Assembly (NCBI RefSeq): GCF_006345805.1
Contig: NC_043014.1
Location: 1,426,001-1,490,000, forward strand
Length of the DNA: 64,000 nt
Source of the DNA: Octopus sinensis
Taxonomy: Eukaryota
Direction: 5' to 3'
The notes beneath the pieces were generated by a model. It did not search any database. It worked only from the letters and a program-made list of their open reading frames with translations, and was not told the DNA's origin. Each line of letters opens with the position of its first letter. Position 1 is the first letter of the stretch. Positions 12,644 through 24,972 of the stretch are shown one piece after another. The position numbers and the translations under genes were made by a program.

Positions 12644-13269
12644 CCTCTACCTATCTATCAACCCTTATCTCTCTTTGTGTCTATCAATCTCTCTCTCTCC
12701 CTCTCTCTTTATATATATATATCTATACACACGCACGCGCGCGCGCACACACACACATACATATACACACATACATATACCAAACTTCAGAATTTTCCCC
12801 CTCTACCAATTTAGGGACAATACAACCTCGAGACAAAGAATAAGTAAAGAAAATCTCTTTATTACAAAATACAAGCCACTTCTTAACGGGTCTACGACAA
12901 ACAATTAATATACCTCAACTTTAGAATAAAAGAAAAAATATATATACACACACAAATACTACACTCCATAGAATCCATTACTAATCAGCCCCTTCATAGC
13001 TATATTTACACCCATTCATATTCTCCCTTCTCTGTTTCTTTCTTCTTCTTCTTCTTCCTCTTCTTCTTCATCATCATCGTTATCATCACATCGGCGTCAT
13101 CATCATCGCCACCATCATCACACCATCTTCTTCTTCTTCTCCTCTTCCTCTCTTCTTCTTCTCATCATCATCGTTATCATCATCATCGTCGTCATAATCA
13201 TCATCACCATTCATTCTCCTTCTCCTTCTTCTCCACCCCCTAGCCCTTAAGTTTGTCACTAATGTTTTT

Positions 13270-13630
13270 TAGTATAACACCTACGCTATTCTATAAACAA
13301 GCCTGTCAATATAAATATTCTCCTGAATTGAACTGAGACTGCCAGCCGCCACTGACCATTCAAAATACGACCATCAGGGCACTCCCAGATTCTCCACCCC
13401 CCTTTCCTCACCAGCCTTCCCTCTACTACCTTACAAGAACTCACAACTACCTCAAACACACAAGTGCAAACAAGGGAGTCAGAGAAAGGCAGAATGCCAC
13501 TAAATCTGAACACTACTATAGAAATATTCTTTTAAAAAAACTTTTCTTCTAATTTTTCTAAATTTAATTATTTAATCGTTACAGTTGAAAAGGTCTCAAA
13601 ATGACCGAAACCGGTACTGAAATGTTCACT
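13270..13630 (+). mobile_element. Penelope-like element 3' end remnant carrying a hammerhead
   Basis: ...FYKQACQYKYSPELN* resembles PLE ORF C-termini (..KxxPxLN*), followed by an AT-rich UTR and the 13579 hammerhead. Confidence 0.45.
13579..13622 (+). ncRNA. Minimal type I hammerhead with U3-A8 compensatory core
   Basis: UUACAG / UUGAAAA / GGUC-UCAAAAU-GACC / GAA / ACCGGU (palindromic helix III) / A / CUGAAA; lies 3' of a Penelope-like ORF remnant. Confidence 0.62.
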
Positions 13631-13927
13631 ATAAAATTATTTTAGCATTTTCTATTTTTTACTTGTTTTTTTATATATATATATATATATATATCTTCCC
13701 AACTCTCGTATCTTTGTGCTTTTATATGTATATCTGTCAATCCATTCACACATCACAGCGATGCTAATGATGATTAGAGAAACGTACGATGGTCACAACG
13801 CCCTATATTTCTACCCCCGGAAGTTTATCATGTTTTAATCGAAGGCCCTAAAAAAAAGAAAAAAAAAAAAAACTCAACATGTCTGTTCGGTATTGAATCC
13901 TTTTGTCTCTTGTGTCTTTCTTTTTAG

Positions 13928-13997
13928 ACGATCAACGAATCCCCAGATTTAGAGTTTTCTTATGGAGATTCGGATTTCTATGAAAATGAAATCTCAG
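13928..13997 (+). CDS. STRIP1: STRIP1 exon 2 (TINESPDLEFSYGDSDFYENEIS)
   Basis: Acceptor ctttctttttag; ESPDLEFxYxD motif; non-canonical donor AG|gcgagt; 70 nt. Confidence 0.92.
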
Positions 13998-15106
13998 GCG
14001 AGTGTTCTTTTTACTTCCTTTATTTTGTATGATGAAGAATTGGTGGTTGTGGTGGGATTGGTGAATTCTTAGGGGTGGGAAAGGATCGGGAGGGGTCATT
14101 GATTTCAAGTAAATAAGACTATAGAAGAGAAGAAAAGTTGGGTCCGTCGAGTGTGTTTAACCCTTTTCTTAATATATTTGTGTTGAAATCCACTGCTTTT
14201 GTTTGAATTAAATTTGAAAATAAATGAAGAATTTAGTGAAATGACTTTTGTTCTTTTGAAGTTGATGTTTGGAACATCAGTTAACATGGAATTTGGATGG
14301 AAAGTTTGAATTTAGATCACTTTAAACTGGAAGTTTGTAGCATAGAACAGGCATTCTGTCAGTTCCGGTTGGTCCAGTTAATGGAACAGCCTGCTTGTGA
14401 AATTAACGTGCAAGTGGCTGAGTACTTCACAGACATGTGTACCCTTATAGTTTCAGCATAGCACCAAATGTAACAGCTGAGTGGACTGGAGCAACATGAA
14501 ATAAAGCATGTTGCTCAAGGACACACTGCCCTGTCAGGAATTGAACTCACAACCGGAAGATTGTGAGCCAGATGCCCAAACTATTAAGCCAAGTGTCTTC
14601 TATAGAACCAGGGATGGTCTCAGGGAGGATCAGCAACAAAAGGAGTAATGATATAATGCTTGTAACATTAGCAGAGGTTCCCCTTTTTTTTGGTGGGGCT
14701 GGAGTTTTTTTGAGAAAGTTGGGATAATTTCAAATATATAACATATCCCTATTTTAACTCTCTTATTCCCTTGGTGCTTTCTGTAAAGTGGTTGGTACAG
14801 GAAGGGCATCCATCCATAGCCACCACGCCAGAACAGCTCTTGTCAAACCATCCAACCCATACCAGCATGAAAACAGACATTAAACAATGATGTATATAAT
14901 TTTGTTGAAAGTCTCTTTTTATATTTGTTTTTCTTTTTTTTCTAATTTGCATTTATAACAATTTAATTTTATAATTAAAAGATATCTGGGTAGATTTGGT
15001 AAGGCTATGGGGAGTACAGTTTACCCTTCTTAGACCAAATAAATAATAACAAAAAAAAAAAGGTACTTGTTTTGTCCTCTCTGATGATTCTCTTTATCTC
15101 TTTCAG

Positions 15107-15181
15107 AACTTTATTGTTACACTGAGGAACCAGAATTTCAACAAAACCTCAGAGCCTTTGAAGACACATTTGCATCTAAGG
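15107..15181 (+). CDS. STRIP1: STRIP1 exon 3 (ELYCYTEEPEFQQNLRAFEDTFASK)
   Basis: tttcag acceptor, G|gtaatt donor; ELYxYTExPEF motif; 75 nt, phase 1/1. Confidence 0.95.
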
Positions 15182-16897
15182 GTAATTATTTCCAGTGTGG
15201 TGTGTGAAGAGTCTTGGCTATGAATGTCTATGTATGTGTATGTCATGGTATCATGGTGTTGACCAGACTATCAAGTGTTGTTACACATCGCTGATCACAA
15301 TGTGCTTCACATTGTTTTTGCCTTCAAACGATGCCACCCTGCTGGCTGGGGGAGCAGGCCAACATTCCTCCTTGGTCAGAAAGCTATTCTATTTTACAGC
15401 TGAGTGGACTGGAGCAACATGGAATAAAGTGTGTTGCTCAAGAATGCAATGTACTGTCTGGTCTGGGAATCAAACCCACGATCTTGCAGTTGTGAGTACA
15501 ACACCCTAACCTCCGGGTCACACACCTTTCTCTGTGTGTGTGTGCATTTATTTGATTTGTTTGTTACAGTATTTCTATAGAATACTCTGCCTTTGTTTCC
15601 AGTAATTTTGAAGGATTTAGTAAAATAACTTTGTCATTAGTAAGCTGGTATTTGGAACATAAATTAGCATGGAGTTTTGTTGGGAGTCTTTAGTTTAGAT
15701 GCCTTCAAAACAGGGAGTTTGTATCATAGACCCTGGGGCCATCTTATTTGGGTTGGAACAAAAAAGATTCTCTTTGAAAGTACAGAGCTACCGGGAGACA
15801 AAGTAATTTACAGAAGTGTCAAAAAACATCACCACCCGTAATTGAATGTTTTGTCATGCAAAGCACAGAATGTAAACATTCATCCAGACACACACACACA
15901 CGTATGTATACACGTATCATCCTCATCATTTCAATGTCTGCTTCTCCATGCTTGCACGGATCAGATGATCTTCATTGATTTTCTGTGGCTGGATGCTTTT
16001 CCTGTCACCAACCATCACCTGTTTTCAAGTTAGGTAATATTTCTCCTAGTCTTTTAACACAAACACCACAGAGGATTGTGTGTATGTATACATACATACA
16101 TACGTACATATATGTACAAACCCCTCTTGGGCCAAAAATTACATTGAAGAACATCCTTGAATCTTTGTAAGCTGATGACACCATAACTGATGAGTGAAAT
16201 GCAATTCACCTTCTCCAGTAAAACTTTTTTGATTAAAACATGAACTAAAATTTATTCAATGAAATTTATTTTAAATTTTATTTGAAAACTTTCAGTAAAA
16301 TGTGATTCTGCTTTTTTTTTTGTGGAAAACTCATTTTGTGAACACTTAATTAAATATTTTTACAGTAGAAAACTTTTTATGAAAACCTTGTTTTGTATTT
16401 TTTTCATAAATATAGATATATATATAATATGTATCTCTCTGTGTCTCTCCATCCATCCACACACTCATCCACCCATTCATCCATACCTCTATATATGTGT
16501 GTGTGTTTTTACATATATATGTGTGTGTTTATATATATATGTATGTGTGTATATATATATATGTGTGTGTGGGTGTTGATATACATGTGTATGTTTATAT
16601 ATATATATAGTGTGTGTGTGTTCATATATGTATGTTTCTATGTATATACTTATAGTTATCTCAAACAAATAACCCACCTATTCATCCATCCCTCTATATA
16701 TATATGTGTGTTTATATATACATATGTGTATGTGTGTCTGTTTATATATGTGTGTGTGTGTATTTATATATACATATATATATGTATTTGTTTTTATATA
16801 TATTTATAGTGTGTGTGTGTTCATGTACGTATGTATCTATGGATATACTTATATTTATCTCAAAGAAATAACATTTTCCTTCTCTCACCTTTTCAAG

Positions 16898-17029
16898 GTT
16901 ATGAACAATGGTCCAGTTCGACTGAATCTCAGCAGAAAAGATTTCTGGTGTTCTTGCAAAATGAACTGGAAATGGCAGACGCTGAGAGAAGGATGGCAGC
17001 CATACAGTCAGTCCTTTATCTTGTGCAAG
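16898..17029 (+). CDS. STRIP1: STRIP1 exon 4 (GYEQWSS...RRMAAIQSVLYLVQ)
   Basis: tttcaag acceptor, G|gtttgt donor; similar to LEV..R.KRLK.ARAILY.AQG; 132 nt. Confidence 0.92.
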
Positions 17030-18433
17030 GTTTGTTGAATCTTCATCTTTATGCACACTTACCATCCACACACACACCTCCACACTCACATGTCAACTGT
17101 CACAACCTAATTCTGACCACACCAATGACCAATACTGTCCTGTTTTCTGTAATATAACAACAAGACAACATGGGGCCTCCTACGCGGTTGCTGCCAAAAC
17201 TCCCTCAGTTTACACCCCTAGTAGCTGGAAAATGGTTTAGCATTAAGTAGTCTTAGATAACACTTTCTGTAATAAACAGGATGGTCTTTGGCCAGAGCAA
17301 AATTGCATTTCTATAATGGGAAACATTATAGAAAAACAACAATAACTCTGTTCAGGGAAATCTTGGTAGGACCATTGTTGGTTCTGTTCTTAGAATGGTT
17401 GGAGGTGGTGGTAGTGGAAGAGGGGGCAGTTTGAAAAGAAGTATGAAGAAACTTCTTTCATGCCAGTCCCCAGCAATTGGTTGTGACATGTAGGAATTGA
17501 ACCTACATCATTGGTTTTTAAAATGACTTTGTACACCAAACGCTCCCTCAGATCACCACCTGCCATTCTTTCACTCTTTGAATGAAGATGATGGTGATCA
17601 TGGCTGGAATTCTCTGTCTGCTAGATCATCAGGACTGAGCTGGTGCTAATTAACGACCTGACCAATATTCATTAAACTGTTTCTCATTTGGTCTAGTTAC
17701 GTATATTTGATCATTCACTCCCAGAGTTTGACCATCAGACTCGGAATATTCTTTACTTTACCTGTGGTCAGGTGTGTTAAGTTTCACTGTTGAGCACACC
17801 TTTCGCTTGACCACGTAAACCCTTAGTCTTGATCTTAATTATCCAGCCACATTCTGTTCAGATGTTGTAAACCTTTCTCAGATGACCGCAATTTTTTTAA
17901 ATTTATTTTATTTTCTCATGTACTCAGATGATACAGGACAACATCCCTGACTCTTTTCCAGGGCCTCTTAGATTAATGGGAAAAAGGGAACAAGGTATCC
18001 TCAAACCAGAGTCTTGGCCTGAATGCTTGCAACTGATGCTCCATTAAAACTGTTATCATTGGGAGTCACCAATGACTCCCAATGGTGTATTAAGATTACA
18101 GCCTGGGGAGTTGTGGGTGACTCCCCATGCCAGGGAAGTGTTTAATATTGTGTGATCCACATTTCCTCATTGGTGGGTTTTGTGTTGTATAACCCCTTTC
18201 AGTTTAGATTTGTTATCAAATGTTTTCCAGCCATGACCATCCTGTGTATTTAGAACTTGTTTGCCAAATGTATCCTTCCTGTTTCAAGACACTAAAGGGT
18301 GATTTGAAAGAGTTCAGCTGTTACGATTAGCAAGTTTTGAGACCACGTAGATGCTTCCTTGTTTTGGTTGAGACAGTTGACACCTCTCACTTGCAGTGTT
18401 CTTTTTTCTTTCCGGATTTTTCTTTCCAGCCCA

Positions 18434-18466
<33 letters not shown>

Positions 18467-18508
18467 CACCATATCACAATTCTATTCCTCTTCCATTTCT
18501 CTTTTCAG

Positions 18509-18629
18509 GAGTATTTTCCGAGTGTGACACTGAAGACCACCAGGAGTACTGGGCCAAGAGAAATGTGTTTCTTATTTATGAGATGGGTCTATTCACTTCT
18601 TGTGTCCACCTCCTTCACTTAGAAATGGA
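18509..18629 (+). CDS. STRIP1: STRIP1 exon 5 (GVFSECDTEDHQEYWAKRNVFLIYEMGLFTSCVHLLHLEM)
   Basis: cttttcag acceptor, GA|gtaagt donor; N1221 domain similarity; 121 nt. Confidence 0.95.
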
Positions 18630-19792
18630 GTAAGTCTAACTTAGCCACTGTTGTTCTTGTTGTTTAGACTCCCAACTCAGCCCACAGCCCACAGTCCAGT
18701 ACATCTACAACCAACTCTTCCTTTTCTTTAGCAGAGATGACATCAGCTCATATTTCTTTCCTTTCTTTTCAAGGGTAGGGTACAATTTGATGAAGATTTG
18801 ACAGCTGGCTGCTATTTCTTGCAGGTTGAGTGACTGCATAGAAGCTGTATTGTATGCATAAATAGTTACATATATATATAAATATATAGCTGTATACACA
18901 TGAAAATATGAATACTAATAAAATAATATTCAGCAAGAATAAAGCCCCATATAGGTAGAATTAGAAATATATAAAGCTGGTGTACATGAAGCATGATCAT
19001 TGCTAGAAATAGCAGCCAGCAAGTTTATGGCACTATGTAGAGCTTCACTGAATATTTACAGGCAGAGATGTGTGCAGGTGGTGAATATAGGAAAATTCTG
19101 TCATACCTCTATGGAACCGTTAGAGGAATAAAGGACAGCTCATAGCGCCATAAACTATATATATATATATGTATGTATATATATAGGAACAACATTTTGT
19201 ATTCAGACTTGAAAGCATATGACTGATGGATTTAAATGAATATCTTACACCCCTTTGTTCAGTAAAACCTTTCCTACCCTTCAACTCCTGTCTCAACTCA
19301 ATTTTTTCCTCACCATCTCACCATCTTTTTCCTTCTCTCTCCTACTACATGCTCTTTATGTATGAAGTGTACCTTGTTTTGTGTTCCCCATCAGTTACAG
19401 CCAGTTTCTTGAATATATGGGATGCAAAACTCATTTTTTTAAAATTAATTTCCTCCCATCAATTTTACCCCAAAGAAGGACTCTAATTAAAATGTTAGCT
19501 ATTCCTCTCCTGATGGCAATGCTACTTTTCACTTTCTCTCAATTGTTTCAAATAATATAAGTCATACTAAACCATACCAGCTTCAATCTCCTTTGATTTT
19601 CTTTTACATTATACACGGATATCTATATGAAGCAGTATGGTATAGCTTTGATAAGGAGTAGAATGATATAAAATTTCTTTATATTTTTGTATATTATATA
19701 TATGTATACTTACCTGTGTTATTTATCTTTATATTAATACATTTTTGTTTATATATATATTGTATTATTGATGTTGTTGTTTTCTTTTGCAG

Positions 19793-19861
19793 TAACAAAG
19801 CTGTGGCCACGTCTGCTCAAAGGAAACCTTGTCTGTCTATTGCTGATTGTAAAGAGCTCAG
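19793..19861 (+). CDS. STRIP1: STRIP1 exon 6 (DNKAVATSAQRKPCLSIADCKELR)
   Basis: ttttgcag acceptor, AG|gtttgt donor; matches NSAA.SSA.RKPAISLADS..LR; 69 nt. Confidence 0.93.
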
Positions 19862-20734
19862 GTTTGTCCTTCCACCTTTCCTTCATCCCATTCTGCCTCT
19901 CCCTACATTTACCCCTATATGTTAGCATTGCCTTACCAACATCACTGTCACTCTCCTCCTTCTATATCCTGCTTATCATCATCATCATCGTCTTTAGTTG
20001 CAGTAAGTTTATTTCCTTCGTATCCTCTTTCTTTTGCTGCTATGGTCAAGTACTGCATCTCTTTTCGTCTTTGTTCTGCTGTATCATTTCGTCTGTAAGG
20101 CCCTGAAGTCTTTGGCATCTATCTGTCGGTGCAGGCGTGGCTGTGTGGTAAGAAGCTTGCTTCCCAACCACATGGTTCCAGGTTCAGTCTCATTGCATGG
20201 AACCTCGGACAAGTGTCTTCTGCAAAGCCTCAGCTCGACTAAAGACTTGTGAATCGATTTGGTTGGCAGAAACTGAAAGAAACCCTGTCGTGTGTGTTTG
20301 TGTCTGTGTTTACGTCTCTGTAACTTACCGGTTCAACAAAAGTTTCAGGCTTAAAAAAAATATATGTTCTGTCACTCATTCATTTGACTAAAACTTTTAC
20401 AAGGTGTTAAAAGCAATATCCAAACGTGATTGATGCCAGTGCCTCCTGACTGGCTCCTGTGCCGGTGGCACGTAAAAGCACCCACTACACTCTCAGAGTG
20501 GTTGGCGTTAGGAAGGGCATCCAGCTGTAGAAACACTGCCAGATCTGACTGGAGCTTGGTGCATCCGCTGACTCTCCAGACCTCAGTCAAGCCGTCCAAC
20601 TCATGCCAGTATGGAAAACGGACATTAAACGATGATGATGATGATATGGCTGTGTGGTTAAGAAGAAGCTTGCTTTCAACCATGTGATTCTGAGTTCAGT
20701 CTCACTGCCCAGCACCTTCAAATATTTTCTCGTC

Positions 20735-21345
20735 TCGGCTGGCCCCCGTGCCGGTGACACGTAAAAGCACCGTCCGTTCTGTCCCGTTGCCAGCATCGCC
20801 TGGCCCCTGCCGGTGACACGTAAAAGCACCATCCGTTCGTGTCCGTTGCCAGCATCGCCTGGCCCCGTGCCGGTGACCATAAAGCACCGTCCGTTTGTGT
20901 CCGTTGCCAGCATCGCCTGGCCCCGTGCCGGTGACCGTAAACACTGTCGTTCGTGTCCGTTGCCAGCATCGCCTGGCCCCGTGCCGGTGACACGTAAAAG
21001 CACCGTCCTTCGTGCCGTTGCCAGCATCGCCTGCCCCGTCCGGTGACACGTAAAAGCACCATCCGTTCGTGTCCGTTGCCAGCATCGCCTGGCCCTGTGC
21101 CGGTGGCACATAAAAAGCACCATCCGTTCATGGCCGTTTGCCAGCTCTGTCTGGCACCTGTGCAGGTGGCACGTAAAAAACACCCACTACACTCGCGGAG
21201 TGGTTGGCGTTAGGAAGGGCATCCAGCCGTAGAAACACTGCCAGATTTGACTGGGCCTGACGAAGCCTTCCAGCTTCACAGACCCCAGTTGACCCGTCCA
21301 ACCCATGCTAGCATGGAAAGCGGACGCTAAATGATGATGATGATG
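20735..21345 (+). mobile_element. 'Family B' SINE-like element with about 7 internal tandem ~59-bp repeats and (GAT)n tail
   Basis: Units ggccccgtgccggtgacacgtaaaagcaccatccgttcgtgtccgttgccagcatcgcct at 20741-21152, then body gagtggttggcgttaggaagggcatccagc...catggaaagcggacg. Other copies at ~20430, 27775, 31770, 38840, 44095, 47700, 49910, 52590. Confidence 0.8.
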
Positions 21346-21999
21346 ACAGTCCTAGACTGACATAATTCTTATGGGTGGTTATCAAAGATGGAAAGTGAAA
21401 GAAGCCTGTCGCAAATAGATAGTTTCTGTTGATTTTCTATAAGGAAGCTATGACTTCAGGGTTCTCTGTCTTGTACCTGATGCTCCTGATGGCAAGTGGC
21501 TTGGAATGTATTCTTTGCTCGCCAGAGGGTGCCCTGAGATGACTGTTAGTGTTTTGACACCATTGCCTGAGGAGGGAATTTTCTTCAAGACAAACTGCAG
21601 TGATAATGGCCTTTTCACAAGTCAAATATTTCACAAACATAATTGAGCTGATCTTAAAGTTTGTTTAGTATTTACACTGTGTCTGTCTGTGTGTCTCCTT
21701 GTCCTGACATCAGGTGATTGTAGTAAATGACTGTCGTTTGTTAAACGAGCATTGTCATATGATTCCAGTCTTCCATGAAGAACATGTCTGCCAAAGGGGG
21801 AAATATTGCTTTGCTTGGAATCAGGTGAGGCTTGGCAACAAATGAAGAATCTGGCTGTAGAAAATCTGCCTCAAACAATTTCTGTCTGACCCATTCAAGC
21901 ACTCGGAAGATGACATTGAAACGATGATAATGGTGTACAAGTATGTATGTGAGAGTGTCGTGTGTACTAACCACCTCTCTACCCCTCTCTCTTTCACAG

Positions 22000-22122
22000 T
22001 CCTCTCTCTCTCTCTCTCTCACAGTCTCTCTCTCTCTCTCACAGTCTCTCTCTCTCTCTCACAGTCTCTCTCTCTCTCTCACAGTCTCTCTCTCTCTCTC
22101 ACAGTCTCTCTCTCTCTTACAG
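22000..22122 (+). repeat. 20-bp (ACAG-(TC)8) tandem array forming the exon 7 acceptor
   Basis: ACAG ends at 21999, 22024, 22044, 22064, 22084, 22104, 22122. Confidence 0.92.
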
Positions 22123-22223
22123 GATCATTCTCAATGTTCTGTACACTGTTGTTGAAACCATGAGATGTGTTGAAGAAACTGAAGAAGAGAAAAAGTTGAA
22201 GAACCAGTTCAAAGCAGAATTAA
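22123..22223 (+). CDS. STRIP1: STRIP1 exon 7 (IILNVLYTVVETMR...KNQFKAEL)
   Basis: ttacag acceptor after a (CT)n-ACAG array, A|gtaagc donor; 101 nt. An in-frame 5' extension to 22000 is possible (see findings). Confidence 0.92.
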
Positions 22224-22417
22224 GTAAGCCTTGGTTTTGTTGCTTGCTTTCACACATTCCCACACATTCCCACACGCCCACACATTCCCACATCCCCATA
22301 CATTCCCACACACTCATACATCCCCATACTTACCTATTCACTAATTCACACCACACACTCACTCACATCATCGAATCGACTCGTATCACACAGTCACTCC
22401 TTGCACACCATTATACA

Positions 22418-22646
22418 TACAAGTTGGCCCAAAAGTAGGTTTACAGTTATCACACAGGCACTTCAAATTTCTTTTAAAACATTTTATTACATTTAAATTT
22501 CTATCTTACAAACTGAAAAGGGAGCTTGACAAAATTAACTAAATTAGCATAGGATAATGGCTTCATATATTTTTATAATTAAAATCTAAACTGTTGATAT
22601 ATGAATGTGAAAGAGATAGCTTGATAAATGTAAACCTACTTTTGGG
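22418..22646. mobile_element. Tc1/mariner-type MITE
   Basis: TA + caagttggcccaaaagtaggtttaca ... tgtaaacctacttttgggccaccttg + TA: 26-bp TIR with 1 mismatch and TA target duplication. Confidence 0.8.
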
Positions 22647-23453
22647 CCACCTTGTATGTGTATATATGTATATATATTTGATAGAATCTCCCATTGAAGG
22701 TGATGTGTGAGTGTTCAGTTCTTGCTGAATGACCATCACCAATGATTTGTTTATAGCAATCAAATGTTTGTGCTGTGTTTTGTCCCGCTTCAAATTGATG
22801 TCACCTGGACAGGTGCACCAGGTGTCAGAGTGATTGCAGAGAAATAGAGAAATGTGAGATGAAGTGTTTCACTCAACAACACAAGGCAGCATCTGGCCCA
22901 GGAATTGAAACTACAATCTTATGATCTTGAGTGCAACACTGTAACCACTGGGCCATGCACCCTTTCACACAAGCACACACGCACTCACAAACACACACAC
23001 ACACTCACAAACACACGCTCTCACAAACACACGCACACACAAACACATGCACACATGCACACACAAACACACACTCACAAACACGCACACACACACTCAC
23101 AAACTCACGCACACACAAAGACACGCACACACACACTCACAAACACGCACTCACAAACACACGCACGCACACAAACACACACACACACAAACACACGCAC
23201 ACAACACACACGCACACAACACACACACACACAAACACACACACACAAACACACACACACAAACACACACACACTCAAACACACGCATGCACAAACACAT
23301 GCACACACAGTCTACATCTCTTGTAGTAGTTGAACACTGTCTTCTTGAATGTCCTTCAAGAACCTTACACTTTGTTGGTCTCTGTTTCAATGTTAATGAT
23401 GACAAGAAAATGATGAAGATGATGATGTTGATGATATTTTTATATACTTTCAG

Positions 23454-23581
23454 CTATGCCATATATTGGTGATGAGATTCTTGCAGTAACACTCTTTGGA
23501 ATGGTCAGCAGATTCTGCAGTGGAACAGCACCACATTTCCCTATCAAGAAGATCTTACTGCTTCTCTGGAAGATCATTTTG
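23454..23581 (+). CDS. STRIP1: STRIP1 exon 8 (TMPYIGDE...FCSGTAPHFPIKKILLLLWKIIL)
   Basis: tttcag acceptor, TTG|gtaagt donor; diagnostic FCSGxAPHFPxKKxLLLLWK motif; 128 nt. Confidence 0.97.
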
Positions 23582-23899
23582 GTAAGTGTTTCCTTCCACG
23601 ATTTGATGCCCTACCATCCTTTGTTCCTAGGGGAACGTCTTAGAATACTTGGTAGTCTATCTCTCATAGTGGTCTAAAAGTCCTCTGGCACAATAGTAAG
23701 ACTAACACGAGACAGTGACACTAAGAATCATTATAGTCCACTAGTTAGACCAGTATAAGGTGCAAGTGAGACGCTGTCCTCCTGCTTGTCCAGGTGAGCT
23801 TTCAGTGGCAACCTGTCCAATTAACGCCAGCCTTGAAAGCAGGTGTAAAATGAAGTTGATGGTGTTGATGATGATCTGGGACAAACTTACTGCAGATTC

Positions 23900-24290
23900 T
23901 ATACTCTTTTACTTGTTTCAGTCATTTGACTGTGGCCATGCTGGAGCACCGCCTTTAGTCGAGCAAATCGACCCTAGGACTTATTCTTTGTAAGCCTAGT
24001 ACTTATTCTATCGGTCTCTTTTGCTGAACCGCTAAGTTACGGGGATGTAAACACACCACCATCGGTTGTCAAGCGATGTTGGGGGTACAAACACAAACGC
24101 ACACATATATATATATACATATATATGATGGGCTTCTTTCAGTTTCCATCTACCAAATCCACTCACAAGGCTCTGGTCAGCCCGAGGCTATAGTAGAAGA
24201 CACTTGCCCAAGTTGCCACACAATGGGACTGACCCTGGAACCATGTGGTTGGTAAACAAGCTACTTACCACACAGCCACTCTTGCGCCTA
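23900..24290 (-). mobile_element. Full-length family A SINE
   Basis: Reverse-complement match to the 46104-46503 copy from head to tail. Confidence 0.85.
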
Positions 24291-24786
24291 TGTAACAAAC
24301 TCATTAACAAGGTATTGATTGCCCCAAGGTATTAATAAAGGTATTTTCCCAAGGTGCCCTGCTGTGGGACTGAACCTGAAACCACATGGTTGCAAAATGA
24401 ATTTCTTAACCCAGCAGCCATGGCTGCACCTCTATTCTGTCTCAGCAATTTAAGGTTTGTTTCTTTCCTCTGCATCCTGAGTTGGCTGGTTTTGTTTTCC
24501 TGATCCAGTCTCATCGGATCTGTGAGGCCAAATATTGTCGGGTGTAAAGTCTACCTCCACCCTCTTATGGAAGTCACCCAGATCCAGATCCACCCTGGCC
24601 TTCTCCCACCACCAGTACTTTTTTTTTACCCAGCATGCATCATCTCCCACATGCCTCACTCCAGTGCATCTTGCCAAAATCTCTGGCACTCAACCTCTTT
24701 CTCATCTATTAACTCTCTACATCCAAGCTGCTGCTGTTGCTACTACTACCACTACTCTCACTGCTCCTTATCTACTCCCTTTGCAG

Positions 24787-24972
24787 CTGTCCCTTGGCGG
24801 TCTGAGAGAACTTCAAGATAACAAGAACATGATCCGCAACCAACATGGTTTACCAGGCTTACCTGAAGATCCTTACGAAGTCTGCAAGAACATGCGTGCT
24901 TCCTCTCCACCCGCATCAACAGCTGATCTCATTGAACAACAAATGCCAAAACGTGGCGTCCGAGGCAAAAGG
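24787..24972 (+). CDS. STRIP1: STRIP1 exon 9 (LSLGGLRELQ...MRASSPPASTADLIEQQMPKRGVRGKR)
   Basis: ttgcag acceptor, AGG|gtaagg donor; MRAxSPPAS..DLIEQQ motif; 186 nt. Confidence 0.96.

Noticed and set aside
16170-16210. Two CTGATGA words followed by GAAAT
   Set aside because: No consistent helix I or II; chance match.
16470-16875. ~200-bp tandem duplication upstream of exon 4
   Set aside because: Microsatellite-rich duplication that does not include the exon or its acceptor.
20741-21152. CRISPR-like repeat array and repetitive ORFs (20587-21183)
   Set aside because: Eukaryotic context, tandem units without unique spacers, no cas genes; internal to a SINE-like element.
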